In this document: positions 30,060 through 40,116 of the stretch, one piece after another
Position numbering within the stretch: position 1 is the first letter of the stretch
Layout of the letters: every line of letters starts with the position of its first letter
Source of the DNA: Candidatus Dormiibacterota bacterium
Lineage (GTDB): Bacteria > Chloroflexota > Dormibacteria > Aeolococcales > Aeolococcaceae
Length of the DNA: 64,000 nt
Reading direction: 5' to 3'
Assembly (NCBI GenBank): GCA_963709585.1
Contig: CAVPXI010000021.1
Span: forward strand, 32,001 to 96,000
Position numbers and translations under genes: made by a program
Notes under the pieces: generated by a model
What the model was told of the DNA's origin: nothing
The model's database searches: none
The model's input: only the letters and a program-made list of their open reading frames with translations

Positions 30060-32813
30060 ATGGCGGTAAGCACCCGGGGCACGAAGTCGTCGAAAACGCG
30101 GTCGCGCGCCACCGCAACCCGCGGTGGGGCAACGCGGAACGTGGCCGTCCGGCCTCGCGCGCACAAATGGGTGTATCGCTTCGACGAGGGCAGTGCCTCG
30201 ATGCGCGACCTGCTCGGTGGCAAGGGCGCCGGCGTCGCCGAGATGACTCGCGCCGGCCTCCCGGTTCCGCCCGGTTTCACGATCACGACCGAGGCCTGCA
30301 ACGCGTTCTACGCCAAGGGCGGGAAGTTTCCCGACGGCCTCTGGGAGCAGGTGGAGAAAGCGCTCAAGGTCGTCGAGAAGACCACCGGTAAGGGTTTTGG
30401 CAACGCGCGCAATCCGCTCCTCGTGAGTGTGCGCAGCGGCGCGAAGTTCTCGATGCCCGGGATGATGGACACGGTCCTCAACCTCGGCCTCAACTCGGCC
30501 ACGCTCGAGGGTCTCGCAAAGCTGACCAAGGACCGGCGTTTCGCGCTCGACGCGCACCGCAGGTTCATCCAACTGTTCAGCAAGATCGTTCTCGGCATCG
30601 ACGGTCAGCTCTTCGAGGATGCGCTTGACTCGATGAAGAAGCGCAAGAAGGCGAAGACCGACGCCGACCTCAGCGCGCCGGCGCTCGAGGAGCTGATCAC
30701 CGAGTATCGGGCGATTGTCAAGCGCCACTCGCGCACCGGGTTTCCCGAGGATCCCACGGCGCAGCTGCGCGCGGCAATCGGCGCGGTGTTCGAGTCGTGG
30801 AACAACAAGCGGGCGACGGACTATCGCAACTACAACCACATCCCCCACGATCTGGGGACCGCCGTCAACGTCCAGTCAATGGTGTTCGGCAACATGGGCG
30901 ACGACTCGGGCACGGGCGTTGCGTTCACCCGTGATCCATCGACAGGAGAGCGGAAGCTCTATGGCGAGTATCTGACCAACGCGCAGGGCGAGGACGTCGT
31001 TGCGGGCATTCGGACCCCGAGGCCGATATCCGACATGGCGCGTGATCTTCCCAAGGCGTACAAGCAGTTCGAGCGAATTGCTCGCACGCTCGAGAAGCAT
31101 TACCGCGATGTGCAGGACATGGAGTTCACCATCGAGCGCGGCACGCTCTACATGCTGCAGACGCGGAGTGGCAAGCGCACCGCTGAGGCTGCGGTGAAGA
31201 TCGCGGTTGACATGGTGCACGAGCGGCTCATCACAAAGCGTGAGGCGCTGCTCCGCGTCGAACCGGATCAGGTTGATCAGCTGCTTCATACGCGGATCGA
31301 TCCGTCCGCGAAAGTCGTCGTGCTCGCCACAGGCCTCGCGGCGTCTCCTGGCGCAGCATATGGAAAGGCAGTATTCGACGCCGACCGCGCCGAGGAGATG
31401 GCGAGTAAAGGCGAGAAGGTCATCCTCGTGCGCATCGAGACCAACCCAGACGACGTCCATGGCATGATCGCGGCTCAGGGCGTGCTGACATCGCGTGGCG
31501 GCAAGAGCTCACACGCTGCCGTGGTGGCGCGCGGGATGGGGAAGCCCTGCATCGTCGGCGCTGAATCGGTGCAGGTGGATCTGAAGGGTCGCAAGTTCAC
31601 CGCCGGCAACACCACGGTCAAGGAAGGTGAGGCATTCACGCTCGACGGTTCACGTGGGCGGGTGCTGGCTGGGGCGGTTCCGATGATCGAGCCGGACAAG
31701 ATCTCGGGCGAGTTCGAAGAGCTGCTTCGCTGGGCTGACTCGATGCGCCGGCTCCAGGTGTGGGCCAACGGTGACTATCCGCAAGATGCCGAGCGCGCGC
31801 GTGAGTTCGGAGCTCAGGGCATCGGTCTCTGCCGCACCGAGCACATGTTCATGCAGCAGGAGCGCCTTCCGATCGTGCAGAAGATGATCCTCGCTGCGAA
31901 CGAGCAGGAACGCCGCAAGGAACTCGACAAGCTGCTGCCCTTCCAACGCGATGACTTCCGCGGCATCCTCGCTGCGATGCACGGATTGCCGGTGATCATC
32001 CGGCTCATCGACCCACCGTTGCACGAATTCCTGCCATCCCTCGAGGAGCTGCTCGTCGAGGTCACGCGCGCCCAGGCGCTCGGCAAGCCGGAGAAGTCGT
32101 ACCGCGACAAGGTGACGCTGCTCGCCGCCGTGCAGAACCTCCACGAGCAGAACCCGATGCTGGGACTCCGCGGGTGCCGGCTCGGTCTCCTCTTCCCCGA
32201 GATCATCGAGATGCAGACCCGAGCGATCATCGAGGCCGCGGTCAGCCTGAAGAAGGAGCGCGTCGACGTGCGCCCGGAGATCATGGTGCCGCTGATCGGA
32301 ACGCTCGAAGAGCTGCGCCGGACTCGCGAGGTCATCGACCGCGTCGCGCAGGACGTCTTCAAGGAGACCAAGACCAAGGTGGCCTATCTCGTCGGCACCA
32401 TGATCGAAGTTCCCCGAGCAGCGCTGACCGCCGGGCAGATCGCTCAGTCCGCGGACTTCTTCTCCTTCGGCACCAATGACCTGACCCAGATGACCTTCGG
32501 TGTCTCTCGCGACGACGCCGAGGGAAAGTTTCTGCTTCGCTACGTCGAGGACAAGGTGCTGCCGCGCAATCCGTTCGAGACCCTCGATCGCGACGGCGTC
32601 GGGCGGCTCATGCGCTTCGCGGTCGAGGAGGGGAGGGCGGTCCGTCCAGACTTGAGCGTTGGTATCTGCGGCGAGCACGGTGGCGACACCAACTCCATCG
32701 CATTGTGCGAGGAACTGGGGCTCGACTACGTCTCCTGCTCACCGTTCCGGGTGCCCGCCGCACGCCTGGCGGCGGCGCATGCCCGTCTGGCGCGGGTGGA
32801 GCGGGACCGCTGA
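30060..32813 (+). CDS. ppdK: Pyruvate, phosphate dikinase
   Basis: LLGGKGAG; SVRSGA..SMPGMMDTVLNLG; GGKSSHAAVVARG; GLCRTEHMF; SFGTNDLTQ; GICGEHGG. Confidence 0.97.
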   Translation: MAVSTRGTKSSKTRSRATATRGGATRNVAVRPRAHKWVYRFDEGSASMRDLLGGKGAGVAEMTRAGLPVPPGFTITTEACNAFYAKGGKFPDGLWEQVEKALKVVEKTTGKGFGNARNPLLVSVRSGAKFSMPGMMDTVLNLGLNSATLEGLAKLTKDRRFALDAHRRFIQLFSKIVLGIDGQLFEDALDSMKKRKKAKTDADLSAPALEELITEYRAIVKRHSRTGFPEDPTAQLRAAIGAVFESWNNKRATDYRNYNHIPHDLGTAVNVQSMVFGNMGDDSGTGVAFTRDPSTGERKLYGEYLTNAQGEDVVAGIRTPRPISDMARDLPKAYKQFERIARTLEKHYRDVQDMEFTIERGTLYMLQTRSGKRTAEAAVKIAVDMVHERLITKREALLRVEPDQVDQLLHTRIDPSAKVVVLATGLAASPGAAYGKAVFDADRAEEMASKGEKVILVRIETNPDDVHGMIAAQGVLTSRGGKSSHAAVVARGMGKPCIVGAESVQVDLKGRKFTAGNTTVKEGEAFTLDGSRGRVLAGAVPMIEPDKISGEFEELLRWADSMRRLQVWANGDYPQDAERAREFGAQGIGLCRTEHMFMQQERLPIVQKMILAANEQERRKELDKLLPFQRDDFRGILAAMHGLPVIIRLIDPPLHEFLPSLEELLVEVTRAQALGKPEKSYRDKVTLLAAVQNLHEQNPMLGLRGCRLGLLFPEIIEMQTRAIIEAAVSLKKERVDVRPEIMVPLIGTLEELRRTREVIDRVAQDVFKETKTKVAYLVGTMIEVPRAALTAGQIAQSADFFSFGTNDLTQMTFGVSRDDAEGKFLLRYVEDKVLPRNPFETLDRDGVGRLMRFAVEEGRAVRPDLSVGICGEHGGDTNSIALCEELGLDYVSCSPFRVPAARLAAAHARLARVERDR

Positions 32814-32886
32814 GCGATGCGGCTGCGGCCGGCATCTGGACGATTCCCGGGTACGGGCAACCGGCTGGGGTGGCTACTCTTCAGAT

Positions 32887-33170
32887 ATGGACGCGATACC
32901 GGAGTGACCGAGCACGTCAGGATCCGCAAGATCGCGACGCGAAACGGACGTCCCGAGATGCTCGACGACGGTCACGTGGTCGAAGGCGATGAATTGTCGC
33001 CACCGACACCCGGAATGCCCTATGCCGTGCGCCGTACCGTGAGCGAACACGCGGACGCACCCGATGTCTTCGCAACGTCGCCGGTTCGAGCGGTGATCAC
33101 CGAGCAACGTGGTGGGATCGTGGTGCTCACCGACAACTCGAAGTATGCGATCGAGGTGGTCGGACGCTAG
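32887..33170 (+). CDS. Small hypothetical beta-rich protein (start ambiguous; possible frameshift near 32901)
   Basis: TACTCT-6nt-ATG at 32887; main frame from GTG 32904 reads VFATSPVRAV...VLTDNSKYAIEV. Confidence 0.55.
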
Positions 33171-33275
33171 ACGAGGACGTGCGCGCCTGCTGAAGCGCAC
33201 GGCGCAGCAGAGCCGCCGGTAACGGATCACCGGCGATTTCCCCACGGGGTATAGCGTTTCGCCTACTCTTTTGTT

Positions 33276-34037
33276 GTGATGTCCTGGCCGCAAACGCCGG
33301 TGCTCGCAAGCACCATGACCGCGCCGGGTGCGGAGCCGTACCTTCCGGTGGAGGAAGTGGCGCGACGGTTGGATCTCCCGCTCGGCATCCTGCTTCGTCG
33401 CGTCGAGGCCGGCGACGTCCCGTCACGTCGCGAGGAAGGGCCTGACGGCGTGCGCTACATGGTCCGTCTCGGCGACCTCGGCATCGAGAGTCCGGCGACC
33501 AACGGGGTCGCTGCGCCAGCCCCACCGCCGCCACCGGACACGGTCAACCATCTCGCGCCGGTCGAGCAAACACCGACCGTCGATGTCGTCGGGATCGCGC
33601 AGCCGTCGTCGTGGCCTGACAAGGTCGTCCCCCCGCCCGAGGAGGAACTCGCGGCCGAGGCCCAGACCCCGCACGGGCGCGCCGCGTCGGTGATCGAGAT
33701 CGGTTCGAACGAGCCCCGCCGCGACGTGGCGTCGATGACCTCGCTCGATCCGCGCGAGCTCGTCGCCGGGCTGCTCGACCGCTGGGAGCGGACCCTGGAG
33801 CAGCGAATCTATTCCGAGCAGCGGCAGCGCTTCGAGGCCGAGTTGAACTCTCGCCAGAACCTGGTCAAGCAACTCCAACTCGAGCTGCAAACCGCCCGCG
33901 CCGAGCACGCGGCCGCCCAGGCCGAGAAGGATCGTCGCCTCGCCGACCGAGATCGGCGGATCGGCGAGCTCGAGGCGGGTGGTCCCGACCCGCAGGACGT
34001 CGCGAACAGGCGCCGCCGCTGGTTCTTCAGCCGCTAG
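33276..34037 (+). CDS. N-terminal HTH / Pro-rich linker / coiled-coil protein
   Basis: LPVEEVARRLDLPLGILLRRVEAG HTH-like; heptad-rich C-terminal half; ends RRRRWFFSR. Confidence 0.75.
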   Translation: MMSWPQTPVLASTMTAPGAEPYLPVEEVARRLDLPLGILLRRVEAGDVPSRREEGPDGVRYMVRLGDLGIESPATNGVAAPAPPPPPDTVNHLAPVEQTPTVDVVGIAQPSSWPDKVVPPPEEELAAEAQTPHGRAASVIEIGSNEPRRDVASMTSLDPRELVAGLLDRWERTLEQRIYSEQRQRFEAELNSRQNLVKQLQLELQTARAEHAAAQAEKDRRLADRDRRIGELEAGGPDPQDVANRRRRWFFSR

Positions 34038-34060
34038 CGAGCGGTCGAGGCGGGCGGGTC

Positions 34061-35902
34061 ATGGCTGGGGACGCTGTCGCTGAGGTCAAGTCGCGCCTTG
34101 ACCTCGTCGAGGTCATCGGGGGGTACGTCACCCTGCATCGCGCCGGGCGCGAGCTGACCGGCCTCTGCCCATTCCATGCGGAGAAGACGCCGTCATTCAC
34201 CGTCAGCCCGCAACGCCAGGTCTGGCACTGCCACGGCTGTCACGCCGGCGGTGATCTCCTCACGTTCATCGAACAGATCGAGCGTGTGGACTTTCGGCAG
34301 GCGCTCGACATGCTCGCCGATCGCGCCGGAGTGGAACTCGAGAGCGGACCCACCGCGGGCCGCGGCACCGGCCGGCGTCGCCGCCGATCGATCGAGCTCA
34401 ACGCCAAGACGCAGGCGTACTACCAGCACGTGCTGTGGGCCACACCCGCCGGTGAGCCCGGCCGTGCCCTGCTTCGCGACCGTGGCGTCGATGAGGCGCT
34501 GGCCCGGCGCTTCGGGGTCGGCTTTGCCCCCGCCGGCGGAGCCGGAGAGGACGCGCTCGCGAGGTATCTGACCGGCAAGGGGGGCGCCGGCGTGGAGGAG
34601 CTGGTCGACGCCGGTCTCGTGCATCCCTCACGAGGGGGCGGCAGGACCCGCGACAGGTTTCGGGACCGCCTGGTATTCCCGATCCGCGCCGAGCGTGGCG
34701 AGGTGCTCGGCTTCGGGGCCCGCGCCCTCGGCGACGCCAAGCCGAAGTACCTGAACAGCCCTAACTCGGCCGCGTATCACAAGTCCTCTGCGATCTTCGG
34801 GCTCGACCTCGCCCGTACCGCGATTACGCGCGAGCACGCGGCCGTGATCGTGGAGGGGTACTTCGATGTGATCGCCGGCCACGCCTCGGGTGTGGAGCAC
34901 ACGGTCGCGAGCAGCGGGACGGCGCTCACCCGCGAGCAGGTACACAGCCTCGGGCGGATCGCCGAGACGCTGATTCTCTGCTTCGACGGCGACGACGCCG
35001 GGAGGGTCGCCGCGACCCGCGCGGTGGACGTGATCGCCGCCGAGGGCGTCCAGGCGCGCATCTGCCGCCTGCCGGGCGGCGCCAAGGACCCGGACGAGCT
35101 CGTCCGCCGCGACCCGGCCGCCTTCGCGCAGGCGATCGCCGAATCCGCGCCGGCATGGCAGGTGCTCCTCGACGCGGCCCTCGCCACGGGAGAGGGCGGG
35201 AGCGTCGACGCGCGGCGTGCCGCAGCGGAACGGGCGGTTGCGATGCTCGCCAGAATTCCCGAGGCGACCACCCGCGAGCTCTACCTGCAGCAGGCAGCCC
35301 GCCGGCTCGATCTCGGCGCCCGCTCGCTCACCACCGACCTGGCCCACTCGATGCGCGACGGTATCCGCAGGCCCGCGAGGATCGTGGTCGCCGCGCCCGC
35401 CGAGCCGGCCGCGGGCGCTGCCGAGGAACCAGAGCCTGTCGAGGCGGACGAGCCGATGCCGGCATGGGAGGCGCAACTCGCCCGAGTGGTGCTGATCCGG
35501 CCGGAGCTGGCGGCGGCGCTGAGATCGGACAGCGGACTCGCACCTGATGAGTTCACCAATCCGACGGCGCGGCGCATCTTCGACGCGGCCTCCACCGACC
35601 CCGGGGGCTTCACGCTCCGGCGTCTCAGCGGGGGAGACCAGCGGCGGGCCGCCGGTCTCCTCGTTCGCGAGGTTCCCGAGTTCGCGGACGAGGCCGAGCC
35701 CCGGGCCATCAAGCAACTGATGGCCGACTGCGTGCGGCTGATCCACGAGGAGAGCGTTCGGCGCGCGCTGGTGAGCATCTCGACCGAGATGCATCGCGCC
35801 AGGGACGAGGGCCGCACCGAGGACGCCGATGCGCTGGCCGCCAAACTCAGCCGTCTGGCGGCAGACGCCCCGCATCTGCGCCGCACCCTGGCGGTTCGCT
35901 GA
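34061..35902 (+). CDS. dnaG: DNA primase
   Basis: CPFHAEKTPSF..CHGC zinc finger; PKYLNSP; VEGYFDV; FDGDDAG; KDPDE. Confidence 0.97.
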   Translation: MAGDAVAEVKSRLDLVEVIGGYVTLHRAGRELTGLCPFHAEKTPSFTVSPQRQVWHCHGCHAGGDLLTFIEQIERVDFRQALDMLADRAGVELESGPTAGRGTGRRRRRSIELNAKTQAYYQHVLWATPAGEPGRALLRDRGVDEALARRFGVGFAPAGGAGEDALARYLTGKGGAGVEELVDAGLVHPSRGGGRTRDRFRDRLVFPIRAERGEVLGFGARALGDAKPKYLNSPNSAAYHKSSAIFGLDLARTAITREHAAVIVEGYFDVIAGHASGVEHTVASSGTALTREQVHSLGRIAETLILCFDGDDAGRVAATRAVDVIAAEGVQARICRLPGGAKDPDELVRRDPAAFAQAIAESAPAWQVLLDAALATGEGGSVDARRAAAERAVAMLARIPEATTRELYLQQAARRLDLGARSLTTDLAHSMRDGIRRPARIVVAAPAEPAAGAAEEPEPVEADEPMPAWEAQLARVVLIRPELAAALRSDSGLAPDEFTNPTARRIFDAASTDPGGFTLRRLSGGDQRRAAGLLVREVPEFADEAEPRAIKQLMADCVRLIHEESVRRALVSISTEMHRARDEGRTEDADALAAKLSRLAADAPHLRRTLAVR

Positions 35903-36123
35903 TCGAGGATCATCGCCCGATGCGCGCGGGCGTCCGCGCATGTTTGATCCAGAGCCTTCCAAGCCACCATCACCCTCGTGCCCGCGTGGATCCTCATATT
36001 CCGATCGCCCGAATCGGCACACGCAGACGGCTTTGACAATTATTGTGATCACCGTCGCTGTACCGATCGTCCGGCGGACTCGCAGAACGGGCGTCAGCCT
36101 GCGCCGCCTGAGACAGAGTTGAG

Positions 36124-37254
36124 ATGACCGCAGCCACCACCACGACCCGATCCCGAGCAGCCACCCTGCCGCCGCCTTCGGGCGCAGATTTGCTGGTCTC
36201 CGCTGCCGAGGCGCTGATCATCAAGGGCAAGGACCACGGATATCTCACGCCCGACGACATCCTCGCGGCCTTTCCGGAGATCGATGTCGAGCCTGACCAC
36301 CTGGAGCGGATCTTCCACGTCTTTCGCGAGATGGGGATCGAGGTCAGCGACGGGGACAAGGATTTCGAGACCGTCGACGAGATCGACGAGGAGCTCATCG
36401 CCAAAGCCGAGGCGATCAACTCCGTCTCCCTCGACGACCCGGTTCGCATGTACCTCAAGGAGATCGGCCGGGTCGCGCTCCTCAAGGCCGAACAGGAGGT
36501 TCACTACGCAAAGCTGATCGAGCAGGGCGACGAAGAGGCGAAGAACCAACTCACCGAAGCGAACCTGCGTCTTGTGGTCAGCATTGCCAAGAAGTACATC
36601 GGCCGCGGTATGTCCTTCCTCGACCTGATCCAGGAAGGCAACATGGGCCTGATTCGCGCCGTCGAGAAGTTCGACTACCACAAGGGCTACAAGTTCTCGA
36701 CGTACGCGACGTGGTGGATCCGCCAGGCGATCACGCGCGCGATCGCCGACCAGGCGCGAACCATCCGTATTCCAGTGCACATGGTCGAGACCATCAACAA
36801 GCTCGTCCGTGTGTCGCGACGCCTGCTCCAGGAGTTGGGCCGCGAACCCAACGACGAGGAGATCGCCGACGAGATGGGGATCACGCCCGAGAAGGTTCGC
36901 GAGATCACCAAGGTGTCGCAGGACCCGGTATCGCTCGAGACACCGATCGGCGAAGAAGAGGATTCGCACCTCGGGGACTTTGTCGAGGACAAAGAGGCAA
37001 CCGCCCCTTCCGACGCGGCGTCGCTCACCATGTTGCGCACCGAGGTCGAGGACATTCTCGACACGCTGACGCCGCGTGAACGCCGTGTGCTCCAACTGCG
37101 ATTCGGGCTCATCGACGGCCACCAGCGCACGCTCGAGGAAGTGGGCAAGCGCTTCGGCGTGACCCGTGAACGCATCCGCCAGATCGAGGCGAAAGCGCTG
37201 CGCAAGCTGCGCCATCCATCGCGCTCCAAGAAGCTCAAGGACTACCTCGAGTAG
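36124..37254 (+). CDS. rpoD: Primary RNA polymerase sigma factor
   Basis: [12 protein letters not shown]; [12 protein letters not shown]; [13 protein letters not shown]; [20 protein letters not shown]. Confidence 0.98.
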   Translation: MTAATTTTRSRAATLPPPSGADLLVSAAEALIIKGKDHGYLTPDDILAAFPEIDVEPDHLERIFHVFREMGIEVSDGDKDFETVDEIDEELIAKAEAINSVSLDDPVRMYLKEIGRVALLKAEQEVHYAKLIEQGDEEAKNQLTEANLRLVVSIAKKYIGRGMSFLDLIQEGNMGLIRAVEKFDYHKGYKFSTYATWWIRQAITRAIADQARTIRIPVHMVETINKLVRVSRRLLQELGREPNDEEIADEMGITPEKVREITKVSQDPVSLETPIGEEEDSHLGDFVEDKEATAPSDAASLTMLRTEVEDILDTLTPRERRVLQLRFGLIDGHQRTLEEVGKRFGVTRERIRQIEAKALRKLRHPSRSKKLKDYLE

Positions 37255-37337
37255 ACGGAACGACGCTGTCGCCGTCGGTGACGAATCGTGATCGTGCAGG
37301 GGCACGGTGCGTCACGGCAGGTAGACTTGAGTCATGA

Positions 37338-37409
37338 TCCGGGTTAGCTCAGCGGTAGAGCAGGCGGCTGTTAACCGCAAGGCCACTGGTTCGAATCCAG
37401 TACCCGGAG
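37338..37409 (+). tRNA. tRNA-Asn(GTT)
   Basis: TCCGGGTTAGCTCAGCGGTAGAGCAGGCGGCTGTTAACCGCAAGGCCACTGGTTCGAATCCAGTACCCGGAG; CCA not encoded. Confidence 0.95.
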
Positions 37410-37473
37410 CGTCGACGTCCCACTAGCAGCACGCGGCATCGCCCGAGGCGGCGCCGTACACGAGGAACACGGG

Positions 37474-38322
37474 ATGACCGAGACCGCATCGCGGCCGGGC
37501 ACCACGCCCGACGTCGCGACCCTGACGAACACGCCCGGCACGGAGGGCGATGCCCAGACTGATTCGGCACCGACGCCCCCGACGTGGTCGTGGCCCGCGC
37601 CGGCGCCGGCATCCCACCCGCTCGAGGGCGAGCTTTTGCACGAGACACACGACACCGGCCCGCCGCCCGCCGAACCCGTCGAGGCGGATCCAACCGAGGT
37701 CACGATTGTCGCGGCCATCACCACGTCCGAGAAGTCCCTGCCCAAGGTCACGTCCTTCGGGCCCGCCGGCAAGCGGCGTTCCACGCTCGGAATCGTCGTG
37801 CTCTCGGTCGTCACCCTCGGGGTGTACAGCCTTGTCTGGCACCACCGCATCAATCGGGAAGTGGGCAATTTCGATACGCGCATGCACGTGGTTCCCGGAC
37901 GTTCGACCATCGCGGTGGCGATCCCCTGGGCGATCGGCTGGTTGGTGAGCATTGCCGGGGCGGTCAGAATCGTGCTTGCGGTCGCCAACGTCACCCTGCG
38001 ATTCGACCCGCACTTCTCGGTGCTGCAGGCATACGGGCTGCTCGGCGGAGCCCTGGTGATTCCCTACCTCGAACTGTTGCTGCCATTCAGCGCCATCGCA
38101 TTGGTGATGACCCTCGAGCGTGTGCGCATCCTGGAGGATCGGATGGGTCGCACCACCGACGTGCAGTTGCGGCCGACACGGGCGGTCCTGTGGATGCTGC
38201 TCCCCATCGCGGGCGGCTTGATCCTCATGGCAATCACCCAGCGGCGTCTCAACCGCGCCTGGGAGGACGACATGGCGGCGGCACCTGCGGTGCGCCCGAC
38301 CGTGCGGGTGGCTCCGAGCTGA
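37474..38322 (+). CDS. DUF4234-like membrane protein with Pro/Thr-rich N-terminus
   Basis: RSTLGIVVLSVVTLGVYSLVWHHRINRE; QRRLNRAW. Confidence 0.65.
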   Translation: MTETASRPGTTPDVATLTNTPGTEGDAQTDSAPTPPTWSWPAPAPASHPLEGELLHETHDTGPPPAEPVEADPTEVTIVAAITTSEKSLPKVTSFGPAGKRRSTLGIVVLSVVTLGVYSLVWHHRINREVGNFDTRMHVVPGRSTIAVAIPWAIGWLVSIAGAVRIVLAVANVTLRFDPHFSVLQAYGLLGGALVIPYLELLLPFSAIALVMTLERVRILEDRMGRTTDVQLRPTRAVLWMLLPIAGGLILMAITQRRLNRAWEDDMAAAPAVRPTVRVAPS

Positions 38323-38392
38323 CCATTCCCGCAGTCGCCATGCCCATTCTCGTATGCCGGTTGCGACCGCCTGCACTAGACTGATTGGTCCG

Positions 38393-39181
38393 GTGGCTGT
38401 TTCGATCGCCTGTATCTCTGGAAAAGGCGGGGTGGGAAAGACAACCACCTGCGCCTCGCTGGCCGCAGTGTTGGCGGAGCGCGGACGGCGTGTGCTCGCC
38501 GTCGACATGGACCCGCAGTCGAACCTGACGTCCGGCCTGGGGTTCAACCCGTACTCGCTCACCCACACGGTCGCCGACGCGATCCTCGAACCGGACCAGT
38601 CCGTCGATGAGCTGATCGTCCGCACCAAGTGGGCAGGTCTGCACCTGCTCCCCGCGAACCCGGACCTGAGCGCCGTCGAGGCCGGGTTGCCGACCGCACT
38701 CGACGCCGAGACCCGTCTCCGGCGAGCGCTGCAACGCGACTGTCGCGATTACGATTTCATCCTGTTCGACACACCGCCGAGCTTCGCGTTCCACACCATC
38801 AGCGTCCTGGCGGCCACCGACTTCATCGTGATTCCGATGCAGATGTCGGGGTATGCGGTGAAGGGGCTCAAGGAGACCCTCCGTTCGGTGCACCACGTGC
38901 GCCAGCAGTTGAATCCGGACCTGCGCGTGCTCGGTCTGCTGCCGACATTCGTGGTGATGCGCACCCGATTCTCGCGCGATCTCCTCGAAGGATTGCGCGC
39001 GATCCCGAACCTGCGCGTGTTCAACACGATCATCAAGGTGACCGTTCGGCTGCAGGAGTCGGCGCTCGCCGGCGAGCCGGTGACCGTGATGGCGCCGTCG
39101 TCCGAGGCCGCCGCGGCGTATCGATCGTTCGCCGACGAGGTGCTCGCGGCCCTGATCGCCGAGGGCGAGCGTGGGGTCTGA
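38393..39181 (+). CDS. ParA/Soj family ATPase
   Basis: KGGVGKTT; DMDPQSNLT; DTPPS. Confidence 0.93.
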   Translation: MAVSIACISGKGGVGKTTTCASLAAVLAERGRRVLAVDMDPQSNLTSGLGFNPYSLTHTVADAILEPDQSVDELIVRTKWAGLHLLPANPDLSAVEAGLPTALDAETRLRRALQRDCRDYDFILFDTPPSFAFHTISVLAATDFIVIPMQMSGYAVKGLKETLRSVHHVRQQLNPDLRVLGLLPTFVVMRTRFSRDLLEGLRAIPNLRVFNTIIKVTVRLQESALAGEPVTVMAPSSEAAAAYRSFADEVLAALIAEGERGV

Positions 39182-39451
39182 GCTCCGCTCGCCACGCCGC
39201 CGGCGGAGCGTCGCTGTCGCGCCGGCGCTCCTCGACCCGCAGAGCTGCCCGAGGACGCGCCCGGACGGGTGAAGCTCATCGCCGTCGATGCGCCCGCCGA
39301 CGTCCTCGATGCGCCGGCAGCCGTGCCCCCGGCACCTGCGCGCGGCCAATCGCTGCTCGCGGCCGGCGGCGGGTGGATCCCCGTGGCCGTCGCCGGTGCG
39401 GTGATCGTGGCCATCTTCATCGTGGGGATGCTGCTGACCCACTCGTCGTAG
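39171..39451 (+). CDS. Small protein with C-terminal TM helix (start uncertain, possible frameshift)
   Basis: ORF 39269-39451 ends WIPVAVAGAVIVAIFIVGMLL; upstream GTG overlaps the parA 3' end. Confidence 0.45.
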
Positions 39452-39491
39452 GGGCGGCGACAACTACACTTTTTTGTGATACTGTGCGACG

Positions 39492-40115
39492 GTGCAGACC
39501 GAACCGGAACGCAGGACAGGCGAGGCGGAGCTCCTCGCCCGCGCGCTCGGAGGTTCGACTCCCGCCGCTGACCTGAGCGCTGTCGCGAATCGAGTCGCCC
39601 GCATCCCCTGGTGGGAGCGCCGAGCCCTGGACGCGGCGGGGCTCACCCGCGAGCACGGGGTGCCGCGCGAGCGAGCCGAGCGCCTCGCCGCGATGTGGGA
39701 GCTTGCCGAGCGCTGGACGGATGACGACCGGCCCGCCATCGCGTCGCCGCGGGACGCGTTGCTCATGCTTGACGGGCTGCGGCGCGCCCGTCGCGAGCAG
39801 GTCGTGGTGCTCCTCCTCGACGCCCGTCACCGCCCGATCAAGCTCGAGACGGTCGCCGTCGGGACCATCAACGCGTCACGGCTCCAGCCTCGCGACGTGT
39901 TCGGACCGGCGCTACGGAGTGACGCAGTTGCAGTCATCATCGGCCACAACCATCCGAGCGGCGATCCCGCCCCGAGCCGCGCCGACCGCGTCGTGACCGC
40001 GGCGCTGCGCAGTGCCGGCGCGCTGCTCGGCGTCCCGGTACTCGATCACCTGATCGTCGCCCGGCGCGGGCATCATTCGTTTCGAGAGACCGAGAGCTGG
40101 GACGAGGCCGCCTAG
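39492..40115 (+). CDS. RadC/JAB domain protein
   Basis: EQVVVLLLD; PRDVF; HNHPSGDPAPSRAD; LDHLIV. Confidence 0.88.
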   Translation: MQTEPERRTGEAELLARALGGSTPAADLSAVANRVARIPWWERRALDAAGLTREHGVPRERAERLAAMWELAERWTDDDRPAIASPRDALLMLDGLRRARREQVVVLLLDARHRPIKLETVAVGTINASRLQPRDVFGPALRSDAVAVIIGHNHPSGDPAPSRADRVVTAALRSAGALLGVPVLDHLIVARRGHHSFRETESWDEAA

Positions 40116-40116
40116 C

